A stretch of DNA of 64,000 bases from IMG/VR virus record IMGVR_UViG_3300027851_000011; one strand, written 5' to 3'. Below, piece by piece: positions 53,756 through 63,214 of this stretch. The stretch's first letter is position 1; each line of letters begins with the position of its first letter. Source of the stretch: a virus (Duplodnaviria; Heunggongvirae; Uroviricota; Caudoviricetes). The notes beneath the pieces were generated by a model. That model did not search any database, was not told where the DNA came from, and saw nothing but the letters and a program-made list of their open reading frames with translations. The translations under genes were made by a program, and so were the position numbers.

Positions 53756-54565
53756 ATGACTGCATGCAATACGCTGGAACTGATCGCCGCAGCCTACGAA
53801 AAGGCTGTGGCGACACTCCAGAAGCACTGTCTCGCCAAGAACACGGCGAAGGCCAAGATCGAAGAGCTGAAGGCAGACAAAACCAGGGTTGGAACGTCTA
53901 TCTTCCGCTCGCTCACCGAAGCATACTCCTACTACGCGCGCCAGCATATCCATCGCAAGGGCGTCGACGAGAAGGTGCGCGACGGCGAAATCGCTATCCA
54001 ATACCACCCGGAGGGAGTTGGCGCGTTCGATTCGGATGGTCGCTGGCACAAGAACTACAACGACGCGCAGATCCAGGCGCTCATGCTCGAAGCGTCAGAC
54101 GCTGCGAATGCTGAGTACCACGCGGAGCAGCGCTGCCGCGAGCTGTGCCTCGCTCGCGACGTAATCTTCCGCGTGAACCACGCTACGGTCGAGACCATCA
54201 GCTTCACGTCCAAGGCAGCACTTGAGCGGACGATCCGCGAGTGCTTCACGATGCGCTGGAACACGCTCGATGAGTGGTACTGTGGCCGTGGCCAGCCTCT
54301 CTACACCAGCGAGCACTTCGAGAAAGTGCACAAGGACCCACGGAACAATCGCGTGAAGGTCTTCGTTGACAAGTCCGGTGTCCACCACACGGTGGCGTTC
54401 CTGCACAAGATCGGGCCTTCGACAGACATCCACTGGGGTATGCGCAGCCTCGGAACGAACATGTACTACATCGGTGACGAAGTCGAGCAGATGTTCTCCA
54501 TGCGCGAACTCGTTGAGAGGATCACCAATGGGAAACCCACACCCGACGCGCAGCAAGCCGTGTAA
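53756..54565 (+). CDS. Hypothetical protein
   Basis: 269 aa ORF. Confidence 0.45.
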   Translation: MTACNTLELIAAAYEKAVATLQKHCLAKNTAKAKIEELKADKTRVGTSIFRSLTEAYSYYARQHIHRKGVDEKVRDGEIAIQYHPEGVGAFDSDGRWHKNYNDAQIQALMLEASDAANAEYHAEQRCRELCLARDVIFRVNHATVETISFTSKAALERTIRECFTMRWNTLDEWYCGRGQPLYTSEHFEKVHKDPRNNRVKVFVDKSGVHHTVAFLHKIGPSTDIHWGMRSLGTNMYYIGDEVEQMFSMRELVERITNGKPTPDAQQAV

Positions 54566-54731
54566 AATCGGACGGAAGCACACGGGTGCTCCGCGCGAGA
54601 AAGAGAAGGCGCGGAAGCGCCAAGCCCAGAAGATCCACCTTCGCATCAAAGTCGCTCGTCGACGGAAGCGCAACGCAGAGATCGCGAAGTACTTCCGTGG
54701 CGAGCGACCTTACCACCCGGAGAAACAATGA
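54528..54731 (+). CDS. Small highly basic protein
   Basis: MGNPHPTRSKPCKIGRKHTGAPREKEKARKRQAQK..., overlapping the upstream gene end. Confidence 0.3.
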   Translation: MGNPHPTRSKPCKIGRKHTGAPREKEKARKRQAQKIHLRIKVARRRKRNAEIAKYFRGERPYHPEKQ

Positions 54732-54919
54732 GCAGATCCAAGCGCGGGGCCAAAGGCCCTGGCTACGAGTACTGGACTGCTCGCCCCGGCAACAAGCAGG
54801 GCGGGCAGCCAGGGAAGGCGACGAAGAAGGCGACACATAAGGCTGAGCGCCGGCTCGCCAAGCCACACACGACTGGGCACCTCGTGCGCCGGTTCGGACA
54901 ACGGGAGGACGAAACATGA
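54728..54919 (+). CDS. Small basic protein starting MSRSKRG
   Basis: 63 aa. Its first 14 nt (atgagcagatccaa) are identical to the start of the ORF at 55277. Confidence 0.4.
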   Translation: MSRSKRGAKGPGYEYWTARPGNKQGGQPGKATKKATHKAERRLAKPHTTGHLVRRFGQREDET

Positions 54920-55275
54920 TAGACATGTCAGATGCAGCTAGTTGCAAACGACTCACACAGCGAGCTGTTGCCGAGTTGTTTCCATCCTTTGGCCGCTGGA
55001 TCATAGGTCGTGGTTGGACGAAGAAGAACATCGAGATAATCCGTGGACTACTGAGGTCTGGCCCGCTTACTGCTGAAGAGGCTCGTCGTGTTCGTCTCGC
55101 CATCTGGCACAACCACTACGGCTGTCGGTATGACATAGCATACCACATCACGGGTCATCCATTCTGTGACGCCGTTCGTGCTCGAAACGTATTCAACGGT
55201 TACGTTTTTCATATTCTCGACATGCATGCAAAAGAGATGCTCGAATATACCGGAAGGCCGAAGGACTATTACTAG
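54916..55275 (+). CDS. Low-GC gene: HTH-containing protein, possible freestanding homing-endonuclease-like ORF
   Basis: Composition is markedly AT-richer than its flanks. IEIIRGLLRSGPLTAEEARRV is HTH-like and WHNHYGCRYDIAYHITGHPFCD is His/Cys-rich. Confidence 0.4.
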   Translation: MIDMSDAASCKRLTQRAVAELFPSFGRWIIGRGWTKKNIEIIRGLLRSGPLTAEEARRVRLAIWHNHYGCRYDIAYHITGHPFCDAVRARNVFNGYVFHILDMHAKEMLEYTGRPKDYY

Positions 55276-55276
55276 C

Positions 55277-55420
55277 ATGAGCAGATCCAACAACAGCCGC
55301 CGTGGTTCGACGAATAAACACGGCAAGCGCCACAAGCAGTGCGGGGATCGCAACTGCGAATACTGTGCGCGCAACTTCCACCACTCCACTGAGAAGCAGA
55401 AAGAACCACGTGAACGATAA
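55277..55420 (+). CDS. Small basic Cys-containing protein starting MSRSNNS (47 aa)
   Basis: Paralogous start to the 54728 ORF; contains CGDRNCEYC. Confidence 0.3.
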   Translation: MSRSNNSRRGSTNKHGKRHKQCGDRNCEYCARNFHHSTEKQKEPRER

Positions 55421-55805
55421 GATCATCCAGTTCCCTGGCTCCGGCCGCCACGTCAAGAAGCCCGATGCTGTCGAGGTTAAGGCCGCTGAGCCGTCCCCGG
55501 AGCCTGCACCGACTGACGAACAGCTGGTGCAGGCTGCCACCGATCCGGCTGACCCGAACGGTGAGAAGGTCGCCATGGTCATGCAGCGGCCCGACGGAAC
55601 TACCGTCGAGATGACGCCTGCACAGCAGAAAGCGTTCCAGCTACTCGTCAGCGGCATGACCTTCGTCATGGTCGGCATCCGGCCTGGACCGACTGGCGCC
55701 GACTTCTTCACTGCGATCCACGGAGATCACACCGATCTGCGCAACGCGCAAGATCACCTGCCTGACATCATCAACCGCGCCTATGGGCGAGAGGGCATCT
55801 CATGA
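55410..55805 (+). CDS. Hypothetical protein
   Basis: GTG start within ORF 55302..55805 after the upstream gene. Confidence 0.4.
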   Translation: MNDKIIQFPGSGRHVKKPDAVEVKAAEPSPEPAPTDEQLVQAATDPADPNGEKVAMVMQRPDGTTVEMTPAQQKAFQLLVSGMTFVMVGIRPGPTGADFFTAIHGDHTDLRNAQDHLPDIINRAYGREGIS

Positions 55806-56263
55806 TCGAGGCATTTTCGGCGTCCAGCATGTTCGATCAGGCATTCGGCACGCACGAGCACCACCGTACGGTGATGCAGCAGGTCAACGCCGATGCGAAA
55901 CGTGGCGATGTCAGCACGGTCCTCTGGCGGTGCCTTGTCGCCAAGGACATCAGCGCTCGCGACTCGCAGTTCGAGTACACCAAGGAACTCGGCTCGGGCA
56001 CCATCGACGACATCCTGCACAAGCGGCCGGTGTCGTGTGACAAGAGCCTCGCCTTCTACTTCCCAGAACGATACATGTCGCCGTGGGAACAGCAGCGGTT
56101 CACGTGGTGCATCGCCAAGCACCCACAGTTCGCGGGCCTCGGCCTCTGCGTCGACATCCTGACCGGAAGCCCGCTCATCGTGGGCAGCTTCCGTCGTGAA
56201 GAGGTCCGAATCCTTCAAAACGATGAACTGCGAGCTGCCCAAGTCGCAGCATGGGGGAGCTGA
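55802..56263 (+). CDS. Hypothetical protein
   Basis: 153 aa ORF. Confidence 0.45.
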   Translation: MIEAFSASSMFDQAFGTHEHHRTVMQQVNADAKRGDVSTVLWRCLVAKDISARDSQFEYTKELGSGTIDDILHKRPVSCDKSLAFYFPERYMSPWEQQRFTWCIAKHPQFAGLGLCVDILTGSPLIVGSFRREEVRILQNDELRAAQVAAWGS

Positions 56264-56445
56264 TGGACTCTGGACCGACCGATGAAGAATGGCTCCGCGC
56301 CAGCGCCTCCAACGTGCGCGGACCACAGCGCATGATGATCGACGCTCAGATCGCCCAGTTCGAGGCGATGAAACAGATGAACCGGGCCAACGAGAAGGCC
56401 CTCTACGCACAAATCCAAGCTGCCATCGCTATGGCAAAGGCATAA
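56251..56445 (+). CDS. Hypothetical small protein
   Basis: 64 aa ORF. Confidence 0.35.
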   Translation: MGELMDSGPTDEEWLRASASNVRGPQRMMIDAQIAQFEAMKQMNRANEKALYAQIQAAIAMAKA

Positions 56446-56447
56446 CC

Positions 56448-57176
56448 GTGAGCACCCCATACACCTACTATCGCATCATCCCCGGCAGCCCGGCTGCTGA
56501 GATCGTCAAGACCTACATCGCTGCGCGCGAGAAGCAGCGCAAGGCGGCGAAGAAGTTCGGCGACACGTGGCTCCCGACCAAAGACTACCACCTCGTCTCA
56601 AACGATGCCTACATCGTCGGCTTCGCGCCGAAGGATCTGTCCTGGCAGAACTTCCGCGCTGCACTCGGCGAGAAGGCTGCTCTCTGGGTCGAGAAGGAAG
56701 ACAAGAACGTTCGCTGGATTCGCCCGCGTGCGAACGTCGCTGGTAACCCTGACTCGATCAAGATGAACGACGAGTGGGCCAAGCTCCCGGTCCTCGAAAC
56801 CTGGGATGCCATCGCTGTGAAGATGTTCGGCATGAGCCGCTTCATGGACGGCCTGCGCATCTACGGCATGGTCGCCAGCTGGAACAAGAAGAACAACATC
56901 GTCGGTGTCCCGTGGCTGGCTGCACAGGGAGCCCTCACCGACTTCAATGGTCGCCCCGACTTCAAGCCCATGGAAGGTCTGAAGGCGATCCCGATCGAAG
57001 AGGCGCTGCACATCATGTACGATGAGCGCATCAAGAAGGACAAGGCCGCGATCGCCAAGAAGGCAAAGGAGCGCGTGGCCTACGAGAAGAAGCGTGAGAA
57101 GGAACGCAAGGAGATGGCAGCGAAGACCGCTGCTGATCTCCGCCAGAAGGCGATGACGGCGCCGAAGAAGCCGTGA
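56448..57176 (+). CDS. Hypothetical protein with lysine-rich C-terminus
   Basis: GTG start after the upstream stop, giving VSTPYTYYRIIPG... Confidence 0.45.
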   Translation: MSTPYTYYRIIPGSPAAEIVKTYIAAREKQRKAAKKFGDTWLPTKDYHLVSNDAYIVGFAPKDLSWQNFRAALGEKAALWVEKEDKNVRWIRPRANVAGNPDSIKMNDEWAKLPVLETWDAIAVKMFGMSRFMDGLRIYGMVASWNKKNNIVGVPWLAAQGALTDFNGRPDFKPMEGLKAIPIEEALHIMYDERIKKDKAAIAKKAKERVAYEKKREKERKEMAAKTAADLRQKAMTAPKKP

Positions 57177-57469
57177 GCCGTACGCGCATCTTCATCTTCG
57201 ATCTGCTGTGCCTGATCGGCTTCGTGCTCATGATCTTCGGGTCGGCCTTCGGTGAGAAGGTCGGCCTGACGATCGGAGCGCAGTGGTACGTCATCGCAGC
57301 CTTCTGGCTCGGTTTCGGCCACCACGTCTTCCAGCGGAAGGCCATCGAAGCCCGCTGGATGGGGCACAACAAACCCGGCACTGCCACGGACACGTCGTCG
57401 ACGTTCGCAGAGCTGGCAGAACTGCGCAAGCAGTACAACGGGGAGAAACAAGAACATGGGCCTCGCTGA
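57173..57469 (+). CDS. Small membrane protein
   Basis: GTG start; two hydrophobic segments IFIFDLLCLIGFVLMIF and WYVIAAFWLGF. Confidence 0.4.
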   Translation: MSRTRIFIFDLLCLIGFVLMIFGSAFGEKVGLTIGAQWYVIAAFWLGFGHHVFQRKAIEARWMGHNKPGTATDTSSTFAELAELRKQYNGEKQEHGPR

Positions 57470-57620
57470 ATACCTCATGGCCGCGCCATGGTGGCACTGG
57501 CTGTTCTTCTTCCTGATCGCCATCGCACTGTCGCGGTGGCGCCCGTTCAAAATCATCAAACGCAACGAGACACACACGCATGAGCACCGACACGTCCACA
57601 CCAAAGAGTCCAGCGACTGA
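57456..57620 (+). CDS. Small membrane peptide (about 54 aa)
   Basis: Translates MGLAEYLMAAPWWHWLFFFLIAIALSRW... Confidence 0.25.
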   Translation: MGLAEYLMAAPWWHWLFFFLIAIALSRWRPFKIIKRNETHTHEHRHVHTKESSD

Positions 57621-58197
57621 GGCTGCTGAGCGCCAGATCTGGGATCGTGCACTTCAGAGCCTGCCGGCGACACACCGGCAGGCTCTTCTGTGTTTTGCAG
57701 ACCGTGCCAACTGGGGCCGCATCAACGACAAGAACGGCTGCCACTGGACCTGGAAAGGTATCGTGGTTCCGCCGTACGAGCTGGCGCAGCACGCTGTAGC
57801 CGGCCCGATCAGCGCTGCGACGCTGCGCACCTTCAACCCGAAGGCGTCGCTCGATCTGACTGATGCCTTCATCAAGGAACGTTGGTGCCCGCCTGGGCAC
57901 GATCGCCTCGGCTGGGACATCTTCGACCTCGACAGCACAGGTGTGCTAGAGATCGAGCGCATCGACGAAGACTCGGAGAAACCGAATGGCTTCCATACGG
58001 ATAAAGAGGCTGCGCACCACGTTACCCGTGTTGCCGCAGAGAACTCACCTCCCGAGGCTCTCGCGCTGCTGCATCTCTTTTCGAAAGTGCTCGCCGATGT
58101 CATCCAGGACGCACAAGCGGTCTCGGACGGCGAACGCCTCACGTACACGTTCAATGCCGAAACAACCCAAACCATCAAGCGCATGAGGTACTGGTGA
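57580..58197 (+). CDS. Hypothetical protein
   Basis: 205 aa ORF. Confidence 0.45.
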   Translation: MSTDTSTPKSPATEAAERQIWDRALQSLPATHRQALLCFADRANWGRINDKNGCHWTWKGIVVPPYELAQHAVAGPISAATLRTFNPKASLDLTDAFIKERWCPPGHDRLGWDIFDLDSTGVLEIERIDEDSEKPNGFHTDKEAAHHVTRVAAENSPPEALALLHLFSKVLADVIQDAQAVSDGERLTYTFNAETTQTIKRMRYW

Positions 58198-58463
58198 GCA
58201 ACCAAAACGAAGAGAACGAAGACGTCCTCGAAGCTCTCATCTGCGCAGTAGACGCAGCTGAGGGCGCAGGACACTTCGAACTGACGCGTCGTCTGCGCTT
58301 CGAGACGGCGCAGTTCGTGTACGCGAACAAGATCCCGATCACGCGGTACGAGGCCATCGCACGCAAGTGTGGATGGGAGTGGGACGGCAAAGCCTCCCCG
58401 CTGAAAGACATCGCCCATTCACTCGGACTCGCGAAGTCCCATGTCCAGGAGCACTGCAAGTGA
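58194..58463 (+). CDS. Hypothetical protein
   Basis: 89 aa ORF. Confidence 0.4.
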   Translation: MSNQNEENEDVLEALICAVDAAEGAGHFELTRRLRFETAQFVYANKIPITRYEAIARKCGWEWDGKASPLKDIAHSLGLAKSHVQEHCK

Positions 58464-58792
58464 AGATCACTATCAAAGATCCCATCGTCTCTGTCGGCAT
58501 CGGTCAGGTGCAGCCGGGCGAGTTCTTCCGTTTCACCAATGGCAAGGAGACCGAGTCGGCGTTCATCGCCATCTCGCGAACCAAGGAGGGTTACAACACC
58601 ATCCTGCTGTGCCGTGACCTCGGTGCGAACAAGCTGCGTCGCCTCTACGTGAACACACGCAAGGAGCGACAGGTCAACTTCCTTGTCCCGGAAGAGATCG
58701 TCTTCCGCGACATCATGCCGCCGCTGGAGGCCCAGGTGCCCGTCGAAGACGATGAGGTGCCAGAGAACAAAGACCAGCCGGAGGCCCGGTGA
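58460..58792 (+). CDS. Hypothetical protein
   Basis: GTGA overlap start, giving VKITIKDPIV... Confidence 0.4.
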   Translation: MKITIKDPIVSVGIGQVQPGEFFRFTNGKETESAFIAISRTKEGYNTILLCRDLGANKLRRLYVNTRKERQVNFLVPEEIVFRDIMPPLEAQVPVEDDEVPENKDQPEAR

Positions 58793-59310
58793 ATCCTGAA
58801 CTGAAGCTGAAGCGCGTCAAAGTCAGCTACGACATCCTGATGCCGGTCGACGACGTCGTCGGTGACATGGACCTCGATGGTATCTACCACGAGTGCATGC
58901 ACGGCAGCTGGTCTGGGCGCAACCTCAAGATCGAGAGCGAAGAGATCCTCACGGACCTCACCAAGATCCAGGCGGCCTGCCACGAGCACGCGACTGACCT
59001 GGAGTTCTTCTTCGACGAGGACGACCTCTGCGAGCTGATCCACCGCGTCATCGCGATCGACTTTCCGCTCGATGAACAGATCAAGAACCAGGACGAACTT
59101 GCACGCATCGTCGGCGCCAACGGCAACGGCGATCGTCGCAAGGAGATCTCGGAAGTGATCTTCAACAACACGGACATTGGACTGACCTGCCAGTACGAGA
59201 ATGACACGTTCAAGATCATGAACGTCGACGACATCGAAGAACTCACCTATCCGTTCACCGTGATGCAGCTCTCCAAGGCGCTGCTTCGCTTAGACCAGGA
59301 ACCGAAATGA
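58789..59310 (+). CDS. Hypothetical protein
   Basis: 173 aa ORF. Confidence 0.45.
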   Translation: MNPELKLKRVKVSYDILMPVDDVVGDMDLDGIYHECMHGSWSGRNLKIESEEILTDLTKIQAACHEHATDLEFFFDEDDLCELIHRVIAIDFPLDEQIKNQDELARIVGANGNGDRRKEISEVIFNNTDIGLTCQYENDTFKIMNVDDIEELTYPFTVMQLSKALLRLDQEPK

Positions 59311-59975
59311 ACGAACCGAACGACGCCTATCCGGCGCGCAGCGACGTCTACATCAAGAAGCCGGACCTCATCGTCCGTGGCATCTACAAGCTCAAGGCAC
59401 GCAATCTCGTCACGGGCGTCTGGGACGGCAAAGCCTTCCTCGGCTCCCGCTCGAAGTTCGACAGCACGTTCGTCGACAGTGAGTTCCACTGGGACGACGA
59501 TCATGGCTGTGCCACCGTGCAGCCGAAGACGCTGATCGGCATGCTGGATGTGAGCGTCGCCCTCGACGAGCGCATCCCGTACACCCCGCCGAACCCGCGT
59601 CCGAGCACCATCTATGGGTTCGACAACGTCATGCTGCGCTACGCGCTGAGCGAAGCGTACAAGGCATGGCTTGATGCCGCACAGCCGGCGTCGATGTCCG
59701 ACATCAAGACCTACGACGGCGAGACCGAGAAGCGCCGCGTGATCAAGACCAGCGGCATCATGCACAAGTACGTGGTCCTCAAGGGCGACGGAACGCCCAA
59801 AGAGGAAGGCGCCGAGTACTTCGTGCTCCGCCTCGACGAGGGCGGCAGTGACAAGCGGCACATCTCGGCGTGTCGCGACGCGATTATCACGTATGCACTC
59901 CGCATCCGTGACCACCTGCCGAAGCTCGCCGAAGAGCTACTGGCCAAGTACGGAAAGGACGATGCACATGGGTAG
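59307..59975 (+). CDS. Hypothetical protein
   Basis: 222 aa ORF. Confidence 0.45.
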   Translation: MNEPNDAYPARSDVYIKKPDLIVRGIYKLKARNLVTGVWDGKAFLGSRSKFDSTFVDSEFHWDDDHGCATVQPKTLIGMLDVSVALDERIPYTPPNPRPSTIYGFDNVMLRYALSEAYKAWLDAAQPASMSDIKTYDGETEKRRVIKTSGIMHKYVVLKGDGTPKEEGAEYFVLRLDEGGSDKRHISACRDAIITYALRIRDHLPKLAEELLAKYGKDDAHG

Positions 59976-60627
59976 CATGCTGTCGACGCTCCAGGCAAAG
60001 CAGAGCGAACACGCGGCTAAGGTCCAGCTCAACATGGCCACGCTCGCCCGCCGGGCAGCGGTCCTGGACGAGCGGTACAAGGCACTCGCGCCGTTCATCG
60101 ACGAGTTCAACGATCTGCGCTACGAGCTGAAGAGCACGGTGGCGCTCGACACCTACTGCCACCTCAACCGTGTGGTGTGCAACAACGGCGCACCGCTGGA
60201 GCTGCGCTCGTACCTGCTCTGGGATCCGGCACCGTGTGAAGGATGCTCGGTGTCGCTGTACGTCGTGTACAATAGCCTCGATGCCATCCAGGACAGCCTC
60301 GCGGCCAATCACCCGGAGATCTTCACTGGGATGCCGAAGTTCATGTCGGTCGAACAGACCCGCATGATCCTGAAGAAGATGTACGAGACGACAAAGCACA
60401 TGGTGATGTCGTCGAAGTTCTCCAAGCGGCTGTTCTCAATCGAAACGGATGGTCGCTTCAAGCACTGGGAGGACTATCGCAAGCTCGAACCGACGTTCTT
60501 CCCCGACGAGGCGATGAACTGGGTCGCTGACGAACTGTTCCGGCACATGATCCTGCGGCCAGATCCGCAGGCTGTTGCCAGCGGCGATGCCATGCTCGCA
60601 GGCAAGGGTCGCCGGAAGAAGTCGTGA
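59968..60627 (+). CDS. Hypothetical protein
   Basis: In-frame ATG overlapping the upstream stop, giving MGSMLSTLQAK... Confidence 0.45.
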   Translation: MGSMLSTLQAKQSEHAAKVQLNMATLARRAAVLDERYKALAPFIDEFNDLRYELKSTVALDTYCHLNRVVCNNGAPLELRSYLLWDPAPCEGCSVSLYVVYNSLDAIQDSLAANHPEIFTGMPKFMSVEQTRMILKKMYETTKHMVMSSKFSKRLFSIETDGRFKHWEDYRKLEPTFFPDEAMNWVADELFRHMILRPDPQAVASGDAMLAGKGRRKKS

Positions 60628-60869
60628 GGTGCTGCGACTGCGATGCCGATGTTGGTGACCCCGACATCGGCGACCCACACCAGGGCGGCACACCTGTAGC
60701 TATCGGCTGCGTGGTGTGCCGCTCGTGCCTCGAAGAACGAAACCGTCGTGATCGTGCGCGTCTCGAAGCTGAGGAAGCAGAGGACGCGCGCAACCAGTTC
60801 ACCATCAACTTCGGCGGGACCACCGTTCTCTGCGATGACAGAGACGACACGCCGGCACACCTGGAGTAG
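60624..60869 (+). CDS. Small zinc-ribbon protein
   Basis: CCDCDAD...CVVCRSC. Confidence 0.4.
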   Translation: MRCCDCDADVGDPDIGDPHQGGTPVAIGCVVCRSCLEERNRRDRARLEAEEAEDARNQFTINFGGTTVLCDDRDDTPAHLE

Positions 60870-60872
60870 CAC

Positions 60873-61118
60873 ATGGACCTCGAAGATCCCGATGCCCGTG
60901 ACCGTGAAACCAAAGCGGCAGGGCTCATCAAAGGCGTGAGCGCCTGCAATCGCCGCGCCTGCCAGACCCCGCTGACCGTCGGCCTGCGGTGGTTCAACGT
61001 GTCGACGCGACAGTGGTACTGCGCGTCATGCGCCCGGCGCATCAACGACCCGTTCAACAACACAGAACAGATCTGCTTTCCCGAAGGGAGCGTTCCATGC
61101 CATCAGGCCCAGCAGTAG
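60873..61118 (+). CDS. Small zinc-ribbon protein
   Basis: CNRRAC...CASCARR. Confidence 0.4.
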   Translation: MDLEDPDARDRETKAAGLIKGVSACNRRACQTPLTVGLRWFNVSTRQWYCASCARRINDPFNNTEQICFPEGSVPCHQAQQ

Positions 61119-61345
61119 AAGAAGAGTACTGCAATGTCACCTTCGACATCTCGCAGAAGTCGACAACCCACCTGTCCATCACGTGCAAAGTCCCGGTGTC
61201 TGTCGCGCAGAAGGGCGACGATGCCGTGGCGCGCTGGCTGAAGCGCAATGACTGGAAGGACGACGAACAGGAGGTCACTGAGACCACCTATGGCTCGTAC
61301 GACTTCAAGACCCTGCACGTCACGTACAACGAGAAGGCACCATGA
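61097..61345 (+). CDS. Hypothetical small protein
   Basis: MPSGPAVEEEYCNVTF... Confidence 0.35.
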   Translation: MPSGPAVEEEYCNVTFDISQKSTTHLSITCKVPVSVAQKGDDAVARWLKRNDWKDDEQEVTETTYGSYDFKTLHVTYNEKAP

Positions 61346-61629
61346 GCGACGAAATCACGTTCGACGAGGCCGTGAAGCTGCTCCAGAAAGCCGACGTCGT
61401 TGTCATCTACCCGCAGAACGATGCACCGACCAAAGCCGACTTCGTCGGCTGGGAAGAAGAGGGCAACGAGAACTCGGACTTCATCGTTGGTGCCGACGGC
61501 TTCGACGATCTGTACATCTGCCGTCCAAAGCAGGATGGCGATGATCCGATTGTCGGAACCTTCGTTGCAGGGCGCCTGTTCACAGCCGGGAACTGCCCGA
61601 TCGGGCTCTACGTGAAGATGGAGCGCTGA
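61342..61629 (+). CDS. Hypothetical small protein
   Basis: 95 aa ORF. Confidence 0.4.
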   Translation: MSDEITFDEAVKLLQKADVVVIYPQNDAPTKADFVGWEEEGNENSDFIVGADGFDDLYICRPKQDGDDPIVGTFVAGRLFTAGNCPIGLYVKMER

Positions 61630-61631
61630 TC

Positions 61632-61883
61632 ATGAGCGCGTCTGATGCACAGAAATGTACGACAGACGAGCTGATCACTGAGCTGTCTCGTCGAGGTGTC
61701 CAGCTTGTTGCGCGCGTCCCCGGATTCGACGGGCACATCGTAACACCGCCCGGATCGCCGCTCGGATCCGTGACAGTCAGTGGTCCAGATGGCTTGAAAC
61801 TCTTCGAACACATCAACAACAGCCCGTCAGCGATCGACGTTGGCACTGTGAAAGGAGCACTCGATGCCAAAGTTCCGAGTTGA
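61632..61883 (+). CDS. Hypothetical small protein
   Basis: 83 aa ORF. Confidence 0.4.
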   Translation: MSASDAQKCTTDELITELSRRGVQLVARVPGFDGHIVTPPGSPLGSVTVSGPDGLKLFEHINNSPSAIDVGTVKGALDAKVPS

Positions 61884-62052
61884 GATGACCACGCTCGCAC
61901 GCATGCGTGGCTTCATCATCGTCGATGCTGACGACGCGTGCCACGCCGAAGACAAAGCCCTCGAACGCGCAGGAGACGTGTCCTGGAAGTACGAGGGCAC
62001 CTGTGATAGTCACGACGGCCCGCAGGTTCACCACGTCAACCAAGAAGGATAG
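61864..62052 (+). CDS. Hypothetical small protein
   Basis: 62 aa ORF. Confidence 0.35.
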   Translation: MPKFRVEMTTLARMRGFIIVDADDACHAEDKALERAGDVSWKYEGTCDSHDGPQVHHVNQEG

Positions 62053-62056
62053 GACT

Positions 62057-62368
62057 GTGCCACAAATACCAACGGTACGAATCCAGTACCAGCGGCTGAC
62101 GGACCAGATCAAGTCGATTGCGAATCTTCGCGATAGCATTGCGAAGGTTCCAGTAGCCCCAGAAGACAAAGAGGCATCGGACAGCGCCATCGAGTCTCTC
62201 GAATACGCGCAGGCGTTCATGACGAGCATCCTGCTCCATGCCGTTGGTGCTCTGACAAACGAGCACGGCGTCGAAGAAGAGAAGGCTGCCGTTGCAGCCT
62301 GGATGGCAGCACAGAAGCCCACAGGGCAGCTCATGCTGCGTCCTGTTTCTGTTGTCATCACACCCTAG
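62057..62368 (+). CDS. Hypothetical protein
   Basis: GTG start within ORF 61907..62368. Confidence 0.35.
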   Translation: MPQIPTVRIQYQRLTDQIKSIANLRDSIAKVPVAPEDKEASDSAIESLEYAQAFMTSILLHAVGALTNEHGVEEEKAAVAAWMAAQKPTGQLMLRPVSVVITP

Positions 62369-62496
62369 CCCATCACCTCACACCGAGGTTGCCAAGAGAA
62401 CAGACCGGAGCTTAGACCCCGGCGCGTCGCGGCAGTAAGTGGGAACACGCAAGAAGTTGCTGGCCTCTTTCGGACGAAAGTCCAAAGGAGCCAGTC

Positions 62497-63159
62497 ATGG
62501 CTGATTACGTTCTGTACATCCAACACGTCTACGGCAATGCCACTGACAACCACCTCGCACTGCGCGCGGCGGCAAAGAAGACGGAAGACCCGCTTCAGCG
62601 TAAGTGGCTGAACCCGTGGAAGATCCCGACCGAGATCCTGACGAAATGCGGCGGCCTCATGGTCGACCGCGAGTTCGTCGCCCGTCAGCGCGGCCACGGT
62701 GACTGGAGCTACAGCTCTGGTCGCTCTGGCTACGGCTGCCGTGGTTGGATCGAAGTCGAGATCGAGGTCGACGATCTGTCGGTGTCGCACACCGAACTCG
62801 ATCTCTCGATCGACAACAAGTGGAGCCTCTGGTCTCGCTGGGGCCTTGATGGCGGTTACGACTTCGTCGAGCCACTGTTCAAGTGCATGCCCATCGGATC
62901 AGTGATCCACACGCGACTCGCCTGCTGGAAGGAAATCCGGTACGGGTCGTTCAACATCTTCCGCAACAAGAGCGGATGGCACTGTGCTGGCGAGATGCAC
63001 ACCTGCTGGGACGACGATTCGATGACGGAGCACTGCTTCGACTGGAATCGCCGAGCTGTGAAGCACGTCATGAAGCAACTGGATCACGAAGAAGACCACC
63101 TGCTGAAGATGGACGCGCATCGGTCGAAGACCGAACCCATGGTCGAAGACGACGAATAA
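62497..63159 (+). CDS. Hypothetical Trp/Cys-containing protein
   Basis: 220 aa, preceded by a 125-bp intergenic region and RBS AAGGAGCC. Confidence 0.45.
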   Translation: MADYVLYIQHVYGNATDNHLALRAAAKKTEDPLQRKWLNPWKIPTEILTKCGGLMVDREFVARQRGHGDWSYSSGRSGYGCRGWIEVEIEVDDLSVSHTELDLSIDNKWSLWSRWGLDGGYDFVEPLFKCMPIGSVIHTRLACWKEIRYGSFNIFRNKSGWHCAGEMHTCWDDDSMTEHCFDWNRRAVKHVMKQLDHEEDHLLKMDAHRSKTEPMVEDDE

Positions 63160-63172
63160 CCACTAACAACAT

Positions 63173-63198
63173 CCTGCGGCAGTGAACGCTGCCGCAGG
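63173..63198 (+). terminator. GC-rich hairpin downstream of the 62497 gene
   Basis: CCTGCGGCAG-tgaacg-CTGCCGCAGG. Confidence 0.35.
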
Positions 63199-63214
63199 GC
63201 ATTGAAAGGACCAC

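Noticed and set aside
62372-62496. 125-bp intergenic region upstream of 62497 as a promoter (TTGCCA...TTAGAC) with a small 5'-UTR hairpin CTTTCG-ga-CGAAAG
   Set aside because: Hexamers are a poor match to the sigma70 consensus and the host and sigma factor are unknown. Noted only as a possible regulatory region.
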